Shown one piece after another: positions 32,160-41,961 of a stretch of 64,000 nt of DNA (its first letter is position 1; each line of letters begins with the position of its first letter). The stretch comes from Pseudomonadota bacterium. Lineage in GTDB: Bacteria; Bdellovibrionota_F; JAHFAK01; JBDREC01. The notes beneath the pieces are model-generated. The model saw only the letters and a list, made by a program, of their open reading frames with translations, did no database searches and was not told where the DNA came from. The stretch is taken from assembly GCA_043820105.1 (NCBI GenBank), contig JBDREC010000090.1:124001-188000 (forward strand). The letters are read 5' to 3'. The position numbers and the translations under genes were made by a program.

Positions 32160-33131
32160 TTATTTCATGTTTTTAATGACTTCATTAAAAGCATCTACAA
32201 CGATAGGATCATATAGCTTTCCAGACAATTTATTAATTTCTTTATAAGCATTAATTTTGCTTCTAGCTTTTTTATATGGTCTTTTAGTTGTAATAGCATC
32301 ATAAGCATCAACAACTGAAATAATTTTAGCAAAAAGAGGAATTTTATTCTTTGAAAGACCTTTTGGATAACCACTTCCATCATGCATTTCATGATGATGT
32401 AGAACACCTTTCACTATTTTTGGAGAGAACTTCATAGACTCAAGAATTTGTGCACCCATCACAGTGTGAGTTTTTATTATTTCAAATTCTATTTTTGTTA
32501 GACTGCCTTTTTTATTTAGAATTTCTGAAGGTATTGCTACCTTGCCAAGGTCATGTAAAATTGCAGCTATTTTTAAAAATTCAAGCTCTTTACCTTTTAA
32601 ACCCAGATTTTGGCCAATTTTTTCTGCTAGCTCAGAAACTCTTTTACAATGTCCATTAGTTGTCGGATCATTCATTTCTACAGCAATACCAAGGCCATAA
32701 ATTGTGTTCATATAAGTTTTATGAAGATTCTTATTTGCTTTAATGAGGTCTTGTTCAAGTCTTGTAATTTTAAAAAAATTGTGAATTCTTACCAGGAGCT
32801 CCCTGGAGTTAAAGGGTTTTGTAATATAATCAATTGCTCCAAGATTTAAACCTTTTAATTTGGATTCACTGTCTGATTTTGCACTGAGAAAGATTATTGG
32901 TTTTTTATTTAGTATTTTATTTTTCTTTAAGTCCTGAAAAAAATCAAAACCACTTTTTTCAGGGAGCATAATATCAAGAAGTATAAGATCTGGTTTAAAA
33001 GAAAGAGCCTTTTCAAGTCCTTCTTTGGCGTTCATCGCTGATTCAAGTTGATAATTATCAGATTCAAGTATCTTTCTTAGAAGAAAGAGAACATCAAGCT
33101 CATCATCAATTAAAAGTATTTTTTTATTCAT
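32160..33131 (-). CDS. Response regulator with HD-GYP phosphodiesterase domain
   Basis: REC (LIDDE, LLDIMLP, YITKPF) plus HCKRV, LHDLGK, HHEMHDGSGYP, RPYK. Confidence 0.93.
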   Translation of the reverse strand: MNKKILLIDDELDVLFLLRKILESDNYQLESAMNAKEGLEKALSFKPDLILLDIMLPEKSGFDFFQDLKKNKILNKKPIIFLSAKSDSESKLKGLNLGAIDYITKPFNSRELLVRIHNFFKITRLEQDLIKANKNLHKTYMNTIYGLGIAVEMNDPTTNGHCKRVSELAEKIGQNLGLKGKELEFLKIAAILHDLGKVAIPSEILNKKGSLTKIEFEIIKTHTVMGAQILESMKFSPKIVKGVLHHHEMHDGSGYPKGLSKNKIPLFAKIISVVDAYDAITTKRPYKKARSKINAYKEINKLSGKLYDPIVVDAFNEVIKNMK

Positions 33132-33135
33132 AGTT

Positions 33136-34071
33136 TTATGTTTTTCTTAAGTTTAACTTATAAACAGATCCAGTAAAACCTTTGGCATATTTTTTCATGT
33201 CATTTGCAGAGTCAATAATTTCATAATAGCTTTTTAAACCTTTTCTGTAGCCGTCAGTTATACCAATTGATAAGGTCATTAATGGAAACTTATTTTCATT
33301 TCCAGACCTATCTAAACCTATTATATATCCAAGCCTTCTATCATTGCTATTATAACATTTAATAATAAATTCATCAAAAGCTTTAATTAAATATCTGCAA
33401 ATATTTTCATAATGTTTCATTGAACTTATTATTATGAAATCATCTCCACCAATATGGCCAATAAAATCATCACTAGTGCCAAATTCTTTCACTGAAGCTA
33501 GAATAAGTGCTCCAACTTTTTTTATTATTTCATTTCCTTTGTCATAGCCATACTTATCATTATAGGATTTGAAATTATCAATATCTGCATAGCAAAGTGC
33601 GAACTTATTTTTTTGTGTAAACTTAGTTTGCAGTGTTTTGTGGATGAGGTTGTTTCCTGGCAGTAGTGTTGTTGGGTTAACATCTATGCTATGTTGTTTT
33701 CTAAGGAAGGCCATATTAATTCTGGCAATCAATTCTGTTGCGCTATATGGTTTTGTTATATAATCATCAGCTCCTGCTAAAACACCTTTTCTAAGACTTT
33801 CTATATCGGAATTTCCAGTTAACATAATAATGATTATTTGTGAGGTTTCGAAACCTTTACGTAAAAATTCACAGACTTCAAAACCATTCATATTAGGCAT
33901 TGTAAGGTCGAGTAAAATTATATCAGGAGAAAAGGTTCTTGCCATTTTAATAGCAGTTTCACCATTCAAGGCTTCTTGGACAGCATAATTTTGATTGCCC
34001 AACTGTAATTTAAGTAAATTTATAGTTTCAATATCATCATCAACAATTAATATTTTTGTTTTTTCGTCCAA
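33136..34071 (-). CDS. Response regulator with GGDEF-type cyclase domain (GGDDF variant)
   Basis: REC (IVDDD, LLDLTMP, DYITKP) plus DIDNFKSYNDKYGYDKGN, GHIGGDDF, TLSIG. Confidence 0.9.
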   Translation of the reverse strand: MDEKTKILIVDDDIETINLLKLQLGNQNYAVQEALNGETAIKMARTFSPDIILLDLTMPNMNGFEVCEFLRKGFETSQIIIIMLTGNSDIESLRKGVLAGADDYITKPYSATELIARINMAFLRKQHSIDVNPTTLLPGNNLIHKTLQTKFTQKNKFALCYADIDNFKSYNDKYGYDKGNEIIKKVGALILASVKEFGTSDDFIGHIGGDDFIIISSMKHYENICRYLIKAFDEFIIKCYNSNDRRLGYIIGLDRSGNENKFPLMTLSIGITDGYRKGLKSYYEIIDSANDMKKYAKGFTGSVYKLNLRKT

Positions 34072-34076
34072 AAAAA

Positions 34077-34772
34077 CTATCCTGTTTTGTTTTTTTCATT
34101 AATTTTGTCAATTTGTCTAACAACATGAATGATTCTTTGCAATGCTGTATAGTTTGTTAGTACACTTAAGATAACAATTACACCAATTAAAAGATGTTGA
34201 GGAACATGATGGGGATCAGTAGCAAATGGCATAAGGCTAACTGTTATTAATGAGCTAAATAAGGATCCAATTCCGAGATAAACTATTCTTTCAGGTCTTT
34301 GCATTAAGCCAACCTTGCAATCGATATTTAATGTTTCAGCTCTTGACTTTGTATAGCTAACCATTAGAGAGCCTAGTAATGCTGCTAGTGCAAAAAACAT
34401 TACCCAGGATTCTCTATAGAAAAATATTAAGCCTGTGTAAAGGGCAGCATCTGCATATCTATCGAGAACTGAATCAAAGTAAGCCCCTGTTACAGTAGTT
34501 TTTTTCGTAGCCCTTGCTACTCTTCCATCCAGAAAGTCAAAGTTTCCAGCCAAAAGAATTACAACTCCAGCAAAAAAGAAATAACCTATAGAAAATAAAT
34601 ATCCAGCTATTACATTTAGTGCAAAACCAAATATTGTTAAAAAGTTTGGAGATATCTCTATTTCAATACAATAGTCTTCAAAAGGTTTAATAACTTTATA
34701 AACCCACCACTCACGAACAGAATATGCAAGCATCTTAGACGAAGAAAGTTCCTTTATTTTATCTTCTTCCAT
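34077..34772 (-). CDS. CDP-alcohol phosphatidyltransferase
   Basis: PNFLT, DFLDGRVAR...GAYFDSVLDR signature, SYTKSRAE, RPER. Confidence 0.92.
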   Translation of the reverse strand: MEEDKIKELSSSKMLAYSVREWWVYKVIKPFEDYCIEIEISPNFLTIFGFALNVIAGYLFSIGYFFFAGVVILLAGNFDFLDGRVARATKKTTVTGAYFDSVLDRYADAALYTGLIFFYRESWVMFFALAALLGSLMVSYTKSRAETLNIDCKVGLMQRPERIVYLGIGSLFSSLITVSLMPFATDPHHVPQHLLIGVIVILSVLTNYTALQRIIHVVRQIDKINEKNKTG

Positions 34773-34890
34773 AATTTATAATTCTTTCGGTAAATATTAT
34801 AATAATGGATTGATTCTATTTTCTTAGTAAAATTAGTCAAATGATTAATGGAAAAGTGTTTAGTATTAGGTATTCAGTATTCGGAATTTA

Positions 34891-35517
34891 TTATTCTAAG
34901 TGAGTTTTATTGAAAATTATCACTAAATTTTGTTTTAATTCATTCATGTTTACTTTATTTTCAAGTATTTTTTCCATTGAAGTCATTTTAATCTCATTCA
35001 AACCACATGGATTGATTAAATTAAAATACGAAAGATCTGTTGAAACATTTAGGGCAAAACCATGAAATGTGACCCATTTTTTCACAGCTACCCCTATTGA
35101 TGCTATTTTTTTGTTATCTACCCAGGCTCCAATATAATTTTCTTTTTGTTTGGCCTGAATTTTATATTTTTCTAATAGATCTATAATAATTTTTTCAAGC
35201 TTGTGAATATGTGATTTTATTTTTTTATAATCTGTGTTTAATTTAAAGATTGGATAGCATACTAGTTGACCAGGTCCGTGATAAGTTATATCACCACCTC
35301 TTTCAGTTTCTACTATTGTGATTTTATTATCTGCTAAAATTTCATTTGCTACAAGAATGTTTTCAGTAACACCTCTTTTGCCAAAAGTGAGAGTATGAGG
35401 ATGCTCAACAAAAATAACTGTATCACTAATTTCATCATTTAGACGTTTTTTAACTAGTGTTATTTGAAACTCATATGTTTTTTGATAATCCTGTATCTGT
35501 AGATCAATGAAATCCAT
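34891..35517 (-). CDS. lipB: Lipoyl(octanoyl) transferase
   Basis: EHPH, RGGDITYHGPGQLVCYPI, KIASIG, HGFALN, INPCG. Confidence 0.96.
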   Translation of the reverse strand: MDFIDLQIQDYQKTYEFQITLVKKRLNDEISDTVIFVEHPHTLTFGKRGVTENILVANEILADNKITIVETERGGDITYHGPGQLVCYPIFKLNTDYKKIKSHIHKLEKIIIDLLEKYKIQAKQKENYIGAWVDNKKIASIGVAVKKWVTFHGFALNVSTDLSYFNLINPCGLNEIKMTSMEKILENKVNMNELKQNLVIIFNKTHLE

Positions 35518-35531
35518 ATTTTTATATTTTA

Positions 35532-35837
35532 TTAAGTTAGTTTTTGTAGATAGGAAAAAAATAAGGCTTCTTTTTCCTCATCAAAGGGATCAAATTTTAT
35601 TCCCATTCCAGGAGATTTTTTTGCTTTTTTGGCGTTTTCAGGTGTCATTGCATTAACAACAATGCCCTCAAAAGCAATTGGGTCCTCTCTTTCTGGAAGA
35701 TATATATTAATATTAACCTTAGTTTTAATCTCAAGTGGTTTTTGGGTTTTAACATATATTCCACCCTTTGAGATATTATCTGAATATTCAACTAAGAATT
35801 CTTTAATATCAAAGAATTTTACATCTATAGTCTTGAT
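35532..35837 (-). CDS. PilZ-domain protein (TIGR02266-like), probable non-canonical ATC start
   Basis: Not in the ORF track. Manual translation: IKTIDVKFFDIKEFLVEYSDNISKGGIYVKTQKPLEIKTKVNINIYLP...FEGIVV...PGMGIKF...YLQKLT*. AAGGAG lies 7 nt before ATC; in-frame TAA at 35850-35852. Confidence 0.8.
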   Translation of the reverse strand: MKTIDVKFFDIKEFLVEYSDNISKGGIYVKTQKPLEIKTKVNINIYLPEREDPIAFEGIVVNAMTPENAKKAKKSPGMGIKFDPFDEEKEALFFSYLQKLT

Positions 35838-35989
35838 AGTAATTCTCCTTTAAAAAAACAGGTTAATATATTATTTTTTTATTATCAATCTTTGTCAAGG
35901 AATTAGAACTTAGAAAGCAAAGTTCAAAACTCAAAATTCAGGTAAAAAAACATTGATTCCTTTGAAAAAAAACTATAACAAAAGTCACT

Positions 35990-36574
35990 ATGATTATTTC
36001 AGAAAAACAATCAGCTATTGATATTGTTGCCTTTGGGAAGAAGTGCTATGATTCTGGCTTTCTTTGCGCGAATGATGGAAATTTGTCTTGCAGGCTTAGA
36101 GATAAAACTATACTTGTCAGCCCTTCAGGTCTCGGCAAACACAACTTGAAAGCAGTTGATCTGATTGTAGTTAATGAAGATGGTGCTAGACAAAGGGGGC
36201 TATCCAGGGCTTCTTCTGAAATAAGATTACACACTTTAGTTTATAAAAAAAGACCTGATGTGAATGCAATAATTCACGCTCACCCTGTTTATTCTGTTTT
36301 AATTTCACTTGCCTATGAGTCAAAAGAGGAAGTAATAATTGATAATTCAATTTTATTTCCCAAGCCTGTAGCGATTGCACCTTATGCTACTCCATCAACT
36401 TTTGCAGTACCTGAGTCAATTGAAAATCTAATCGAAAAATATGACTCAATAATCCTTACAAGGCATGGGACAATAACATGTGGAGAAAGCATGAAAGAAG
36501 CTTATGATAAGCTGGGTTTTTTGGAGGAATGCTGTAAGAGGTGGTATGAGATGAGGAAAAGTGGTAAGTGGTAA
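35990..36574 (+). CDS. Class II aldolase/adducin family protein
   Basis: DGNLSCR, SPSG, ASSEIRLH, IIHAHP, HGTI. Confidence 0.9.
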   Translation: MIISEKQSAIDIVAFGKKCYDSGFLCANDGNLSCRLRDKTILVSPSGLGKHNLKAVDLIVVNEDGARQRGLSRASSEIRLHTLVYKKRPDVNAIIHAHPVYSVLISLAYESKEEVIIDNSILFPKPVAIAPYATPSTFAVPESIENLIEKYDSIILTRHGTITCGESMKEAYDKLGFLEECCKRWYEMRKSGKW

Positions 36575-36735
36575 GAGGTAAGTGGTAAGTTTTGAGTATT
36601 GGTTTGCTTATCTATATTTGCTTGCATTCCAGATTTTGATTTGTTAGGCAAAAACATGTGAGTTTCGTATAATTAGTAATTAAAACTTACGACTTACGAC
36701 TTACGACTTATAACTTAACTACAAGGGGTTAAAAA

Positions 36736-37899
36736 ATGATATTAGCCGAAAGAATGAGTAGACTTGGAACAGAAAGTGCATTTGAAGTTTTGGCAAAAGC
36801 AAAGGCTTTAGAAGCACAAGGAAAAGATATTATTCACCTGGAAATAGGAGAACCTGATTTTGATACTCCTAAAAATATTATTAAGGCAGCTCAAAAAGCT
36901 CTTGATGATGGCTTTACTCACTATAATCCTGCTCCAGGACTTCCACAACTAAGGCAAACCATTGCTGAGGAAATGAATAAAACTAGAAATATAGATGTGA
37001 AACTTGAAAATGTTGTTGTTGTTCCAGGTGGAAAACCAACAATGTTTTATGCAATGTTAGCTTTAGTAAATGAAGGGGATGAAGTAATTTATCCAAATCC
37101 TGGATTTCCTATTTATGAATCAGTTATTAATTTTTTAGGTGCAAAGGCAGTTCCAATTCCTTTAAGAGAAGAAAAAAACTTTGCTTTTGATGTTGAAGAA
37201 TTCGCATCACTAATTACAGATAAAACAAAAATGGTTATTATTAACACACCTCAAAATCCAACAGGTGGCGTGCTTGAAAAAGATGATATGCAAAAGATTG
37301 CGAATATTTTAAAAGATAAAGATATTTGGGTATTATCAGATGAAATTTATGATAGAATTATTTATGATAACTTTGAGCATACCAGTATAACACAGTTTGA
37401 AGGAATGCTTGAAAAGACCATTATTTTAAATGGCTATTCAAAGACTTTTGCAATGACAGGCTGGAGATTAGGGTATGGCATTATGCCAGAACCGTTAGCT
37501 GTACAAATTGCCAAGCTATCTATAAATTGTCACTCTTGTACAGCTGCTTTTTCACAAGTTGCTGGAATTGAAGCCCTAAAAGGCCCTCAAGATGAAGTAT
37601 TAGCAATGGTTGAAGAGTTTAGAAAAAGAAGAGACTTTTTTGTTGATGGTTTAAATTCAATTAAAGGTATTACTTGTATCAAACCAAAGGGTGCTTTCTA
37701 TGTATTCCCCAATATTACTGAAACAGGCATGACTTCAAAGGAAATTGAAAAACTCTTACTTGAAGAAGCCGGAATTGCAGCACTCGCTGGATCTGCTTTT
37801 GGAAAATATGGAGAAGGTTACTTAAGATTTTCATACGCCAATTCAATTGAAAACATTGACAAAGCTTTAGGAAGAATTAGTAAAATCTTAGAAAGATAG
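36736..37899 (+). CDS. PLP-dependent aminotransferase class I/II (aspartate aminotransferase-like)
   Basis: GEPDFDTP, NTPQNPTG, SDEIY, SKTFAMTGWRLG, GAFYVF, LRFSYA. Confidence 0.95.
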   Translation: MILAERMSRLGTESAFEVLAKAKALEAQGKDIIHLEIGEPDFDTPKNIIKAAQKALDDGFTHYNPAPGLPQLRQTIAEEMNKTRNIDVKLENVVVVPGGKPTMFYAMLALVNEGDEVIYPNPGFPIYESVINFLGAKAVPIPLREEKNFAFDVEEFASLITDKTKMVIINTPQNPTGGVLEKDDMQKIANILKDKDIWVLSDEIYDRIIYDNFEHTSITQFEGMLEKTIILNGYSKTFAMTGWRLGYGIMPEPLAVQIAKLSINCHSCTAAFSQVAGIEALKGPQDEVLAMVEEFRKRRDFFVDGLNSIKGITCIKPKGAFYVFPNITETGMTSKEIEKLLLEEAGIAALAGSAFGKYGEGYLRFSYANSIENIDKALGRISKILER

Positions 37900-37951
37900 G
37901 TTTGCAATTATAGAACTTACCACTTACGACTTATCACTTACCACTTACCAA

Positions 37952-38323
37952 CTACCAATAACAACTATCAGGCAAATAATACCAAGACCAATAATAATAA
38001 TATCTAGCCTTATTTCCTCTTAACCAGGAACAGCAATTTGTACAGGTCATGTAGTATTTTGTATAAGGACAGCCATAATTATAAGCATCACCAGCTCTAT
38101 ATGGACAGTAATCATAATAATCTGGAACCCCATCCCAGTCATAATCATATTCAGTATAATAGTTCCAGTCATACTCATAATCAGAATAATAATATCCCAA
38201 TGAATATTCTGAGGCATAATAGTTTTGATAGCTATAATATGGAGGATAGTCATCATATCCACAGCCAGCAAAAAAGATTGAACTAAATGACAAAATTAAT
38301 AATGCTAAAATTAATTTTTTCAT
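37952..38323 (-). CDS. Small Tyr-rich lipoprotein with one thrombospondin type-3-like repeat
   Basis: MKKLILALLILSFSSIFFAG-C lipobox; DYDWDGVPDYYDYCPYRAGDAYNYGCP; GGGAG RBS. Confidence 0.7.
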   Translation of the reverse strand: MKKLILALLILSFSSIFFAGCGYDDYPPYYSYQNYYASEYSLGYYYSDYEYDWNYYTEYDYDWDGVPDYYDYCPYRAGDAYNYGCPYTKYYMTCTNCCSWLRGNKARYYYYWSWYYLPDSCYW

Positions 38324-38420
38324 ATCAAAAACTCCCAAAATACTTTAATTTGTTTAATGAATTGAGGAGATTTCTAACATACGATGTCGCATTATGTCAA
38401 GTGTTTTGTGCAATCTAAAA

Positions 38421-38449
38421 TTGACACTTTGGGATAAAAACAATATAGT
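38421..38449 (+). promoter_or_regulatory. Sigma-70-type promoter
   Basis: TTGACA-17 bp-TATAGT, about 40 bp upstream of ATG 38489. Confidence 0.6.
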
Positions 38450-38488
38450 ACTTTTAATTTGAAAATATATTTGTGAAAACAGGAGCTT

Positions 38489-39934
38489 ATGAAAGGCCAC
38501 TTTTACGATTTTATAATAATGGGTGATTCTTTAGCAGGACTTGCTGTTGCAGTAATGATGGCTAGAAAAGGCGCTGATATTCAAGTGTTAATTCCTGAGA
38601 AATCAAAACCTATTAGCTACATGAAAAAAAGCTTTTCTCATTCACCACTTTGCTTAAATGGAATAGAACATGGTACTTGGTTTAGAAAGTTTTGTGCCAA
38701 ATCTGTTATTATGACAAAACCTCCTAATAGAATTGACCCTTGTTTTCAAGTTCTTTTGCCTGATGCAAGGATTGATTTGAAAAATGGATTTAAGGAATAT
38801 TTAGATGAATTGAAATATGAGATTCCTGATTCCTGTGAAACTATGTCCTCTTTTTTAAATTATGCTAAAAATATTAATCGTGAATTAGAGAGATTTTTAT
38901 CAAAAAATTTACTTGTAAAACACAATGGTTTTTGGGCAAAACAAGGTTTAAATAAAAAATTGAAAAAAAGTAATCTACCTTCTTTTTTAAGGAATCATGA
39001 TATAATTACAACTATGAAATGGATAAGAGAAAATCCTGATTTAGAACAATTCACCATGGCAAATCATCTGCTGTTTTCTAATACAGTAAATCCAAGTCTT
39101 AATCCTTATACTCTTTCCTGGAATCTACAAGTACCAGATGAAGACCCTTATCCAGAACTTTGTTGTATTGAAAATTTCAAAGAAGTAATTATAGATCAAA
39201 TAAAACATTTTCTTGGAGAGGTGAAATATATTGATGAAGTGCCAAACATAAAAACATCAGGTAGCTTAATAAAACAAATTGAATTAAATGATAATGATGT
39301 AGTAAAGGGGAAACACTTTATTTTAAATGGTTATAATAAAATCTTTGCTGATAAAATACAGCAGTTTTCTATCAATTTACCATTTATTCGTTATAAGAGA
39401 TTAAATTATTATTTTGAAATTGATAGAACAGGGATTCCAGAAGGGATGGGTCGACATCTTGCTTATTTTAATGATTTAGGCGTTGAATCAACTCCAATTA
39501 CCATTATAAATGTTGAGATGTCCAAAGATAGTTCATCAAAAAAATTTACAAATGCTTTGTTTGTTTCTGCTTTTGCTAGGAATGGTGAAAATATTGATTT
39601 TGATAAATATTTAGAAATTGGTGAAAATGTTTATAGAGAATTAAAAAATATTATTCCTTTTTTTGATCAGCACTATGTTTTTTCATGCCCAGATTATAGT
39701 GAAAAGAAAAAAAGAAAACTTCCTGAAAGAGAATATTTTGAAGCTCAACTTGAATCAGAATATAACAACATTTATGAAATTCAAGGCAGGGGAATTAGCG
39801 ATATTTTAAAAGTTGCCATAGAAACTAAATTTAAAAACATGTTCTTTATGGGGAATTCTATACTTCCTGGTCTTGGTCTAGCTGGCGAAATTTATGCTGC
39901 TTATAAATTTGTTGAACAAGTAGAGAAAAGTTAA
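38489..39934 (+). CDS. FAD/NAD(P)-binding oxidoreductase-like protein (phytoene desaturase-like fold, degenerate)
   Basis: N-terminal YDFIIMGDSLAGLAVA (Rossmann-like); C-terminal KNMFFMG..ILPGLGLAGE. Confidence 0.6.
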   Translation: MKGHFYDFIIMGDSLAGLAVAVMMARKGADIQVLIPEKSKPISYMKKSFSHSPLCLNGIEHGTWFRKFCAKSVIMTKPPNRIDPCFQVLLPDARIDLKNGFKEYLDELKYEIPDSCETMSSFLNYAKNINRELERFLSKNLLVKHNGFWAKQGLNKKLKKSNLPSFLRNHDIITTMKWIRENPDLEQFTMANHLLFSNTVNPSLNPYTLSWNLQVPDEDPYPELCCIENFKEVIIDQIKHFLGEVKYIDEVPNIKTSGSLIKQIELNDNDVVKGKHFILNGYNKIFADKIQQFSINLPFIRYKRLNYYFEIDRTGIPEGMGRHLAYFNDLGVESTPITIINVEMSKDSSSKKFTNALFVSAFARNGENIDFDKYLEIGENVYRELKNIIPFFDQHYVFSCPDYSEKKKRKLPEREYFEAQLESEYNNIYEIQGRGISDILKVAIETKFKNMFFMGNSILPGLGLAGEIYAAYKFVEQVEKS

Positions 39935-39942
39935 TAAATACT

Positions 39943-40593
39943 ATGTTTACAAAAACCAAAAACAAAGCCAAAATCTTAATCTTCGTTTTAAATTTAACAT
40001 TTATCTCAATGTGCTTCCTCACTTCTTGTGTCCTAAAAAGTGGTCCAGTTATGCGAGGTGATCAATTTGTTGAACAGGGTCATGCATCTTGGTATGGGCC
40101 AGGTTTTAATGGCAAGCTTACTGCAAATGGCGAAGTTTATGATATGTATAAGATGACAGCTGCCCATAAAACTGTAAAGCTTGGAACAATGGCCATTGTA
40201 AAAAATCTTGAAAATGGGAAGTCGTGCGAGGTTAGAATTAATGACCGAGGTCCTTATGTAAAAGGTAGGGTAATTGACCTTTCAAAGGCAGCGGCTTCTA
40301 AGATTGGAATGCTCAGTAATGGCGTTGCAAGGGTTGAAGTTATTTATTATACAAGTCCACCTAATCTTGCAACAACCAGATATTATATTCAATTAGCATC
40401 TTTTGAAAATAGAAATTATGCAGAAATTATGAAAAAACAAATTAAATATGATAGAAAAGATGTGACAATAGTTGAAGAGGATAATCTTTTTAAAATTAGA
40501 ATTGGTGAATTCAAGCATGAGGGTGTTGCAAGACGTGATATCAGGTTTTTGAAGAAAGAAGGGTATGAGGCGTTTTTGGTTAAGGTGGAGTAG
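39943..40593 (+). CDS. rlpA: Septal ring lytic transglycosylase RlpA (DPBB + SPOR)
   Basis: Lipobox LTSC; GHASWYG, TANGE, TAAHKT, RINDRGP, IDLSKAAA; SPOR YYIQLASF. Confidence 0.93.
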   Translation: MFTKTKNKAKILIFVLNLTFISMCFLTSCVLKSGPVMRGDQFVEQGHASWYGPGFNGKLTANGEVYDMYKMTAAHKTVKLGTMAIVKNLENGKSCEVRINDRGPYVKGRVIDLSKAAASKIGMLSNGVARVEVIYYTSPPNLATTRYYIQLASFENRNYAEIMKKQIKYDRKDVTIVEEDNLFKIRIGEFKHEGVARRDIRFLKKEGYEAFLVKVE

Positions 40594-40677
40594 GTAAGGG
40601 GTGTTTGGGAGTTGGGGGTTAAAATAATCAATAATCAATAATTAATAATTAATAATTAATTAGAATAGTACGGTAAA

Positions 40678-41637
40678 ATGCATGAGATAATTTTGAAAGT
40701 TACACCGCATTATGAGGGGGAAAGAATTGATTCGTTTATTGCTTTGCAACTTCCCTGGAGATCTCGAAATAAAGTTGTTTATGATATTAAAAAAGGCATA
40801 GTTTTATTAAATGGACAAAAAACAAAGGCTTCGAAAAAACTAAAAAATTTAGATTTTATTCATATTGCAATTCACGCTGATCCAAATGCCCAAGCTCTTT
40901 TTCAAGGAAAATTAGAAATTATTTATGAAGATGATGATTTGCTGGCAATTAATAAGCCAGCCTGTCTAGCTGTACATTCAACTAAAAGACATTTCCATGA
41001 TAATGTTTTAACAATTCTAAGAAAACAGCTTTTGGAGCAAGGCGGAATAAAAGAAATTACTGATAATTTTAGATTAGTTCATCGCTTAGATTTTGAGACA
41101 AGTGGTGTTTTATTGCTAACAAAAAATCCAGATATTCACACAGAACTTGCTCTACAGTTTGAAAACAGGGAGGTTGAAAAAGAATATCTTGCTATAGTAT
41201 GCGGTAAGCCAGCTGACAATAAGGCTTGTATCTCAGGAGATATAGTCGATGATTCTAAATCCATAATAAAGATTAAGAAAGCCGTTGATCTAAACAACAA
41301 CCTTCACGTAAAGACCAGATATGAATTGATAAAGAAATTAGGAGACTTTTCATTGCTAAGGATAAAGCCATGCTCAGGCAAGCAGCATCAAATACGAGTC
41401 CATTTAAAGTGTATTGGCTGTCCTATAGTTGGGGATAAGCTTTATGGACCTAATGAAGAGTATTTCCTGTTGAATTATGAGGGCAGATTACATGATCTTC
41501 CCGCTGATCTATATTTAAATAGACACGCCCTTCATGCTTCTTCATTGAAAATAAAACATCCTGCAAATGGCTCTGAAGTACTATTAAACACAGGGCTACC
41601 AGATGATATGCAAAAATTTATTGATTTGAATGGTTGA
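40678..41637 (+). CDS. RluA/RluD-family pseudouridine synthase with S4 domain
   Basis: RIDSF, INKP, VHRLDFETSG, HQIRVH, PIVGDKLYG, ALHA. Confidence 0.93.
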   Translation: MHEIILKVTPHYEGERIDSFIALQLPWRSRNKVVYDIKKGIVLLNGQKTKASKKLKNLDFIHIAIHADPNAQALFQGKLEIIYEDDDLLAINKPACLAVHSTKRHFHDNVLTILRKQLLEQGGIKEITDNFRLVHRLDFETSGVLLLTKNPDIHTELALQFENREVEKEYLAIVCGKPADNKACISGDIVDDSKSIIKIKKAVDLNNNLHVKTRYELIKKLGDFSLLRIKPCSGKQHQIRVHLKCIGCPIVGDKLYGPNEEYFLLNYEGRLHDLPADLYLNRHALHASSLKIKHPANGSEVLLNTGLPDDMQKFIDLNG

Positions 41638-41786
41638 CAAAAATAATTTCTTTAACTAAATACTCCAACTCTTGTAGCATACTAAATGCTATAATGACAC
41701 CAGCGTAAGATTTTTCAATATTCTTTTTAAGGTCAATAACCCTGAGAATACAACTAGTTATTGTGACTGAAAAAAACAGATTGTTT

Positions 41787-41802
41787 TGGCATGGATTTTG
41801 TA
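41787..41802 (+). promoter_or_regulatory. Possible sigma-54 promoter (imperfect -12)
   Basis: TGGCAT-GGATT-TTGTA; -12 GC replaced by GT. Confidence 0.4.
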
Positions 41803-41961
41803 GGGTATACAAAAAACTATTAAAATTTATTGGTAATGGTTTGATTGATTGTTGAGTTGCAACTTATCTTTGCTCAATTATTAGCAATGATTTTGTTACA
41901 CTTTCAACTTCTAACTTACCACTTACTGCTTACGACTTACGACTTATTAAGGAGGTTTGTA

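Noticed and set aside
35629-35853. 74-aa plus-strand ORF in the track
   Set aside because: Antisense shadow of the PilZ gene.
41845-41961. N-terminal extension of the methyltransferase-like ORF
   Set aside because: Translates heptamer repeats; strong AAGGAGG supports ATG 41962.
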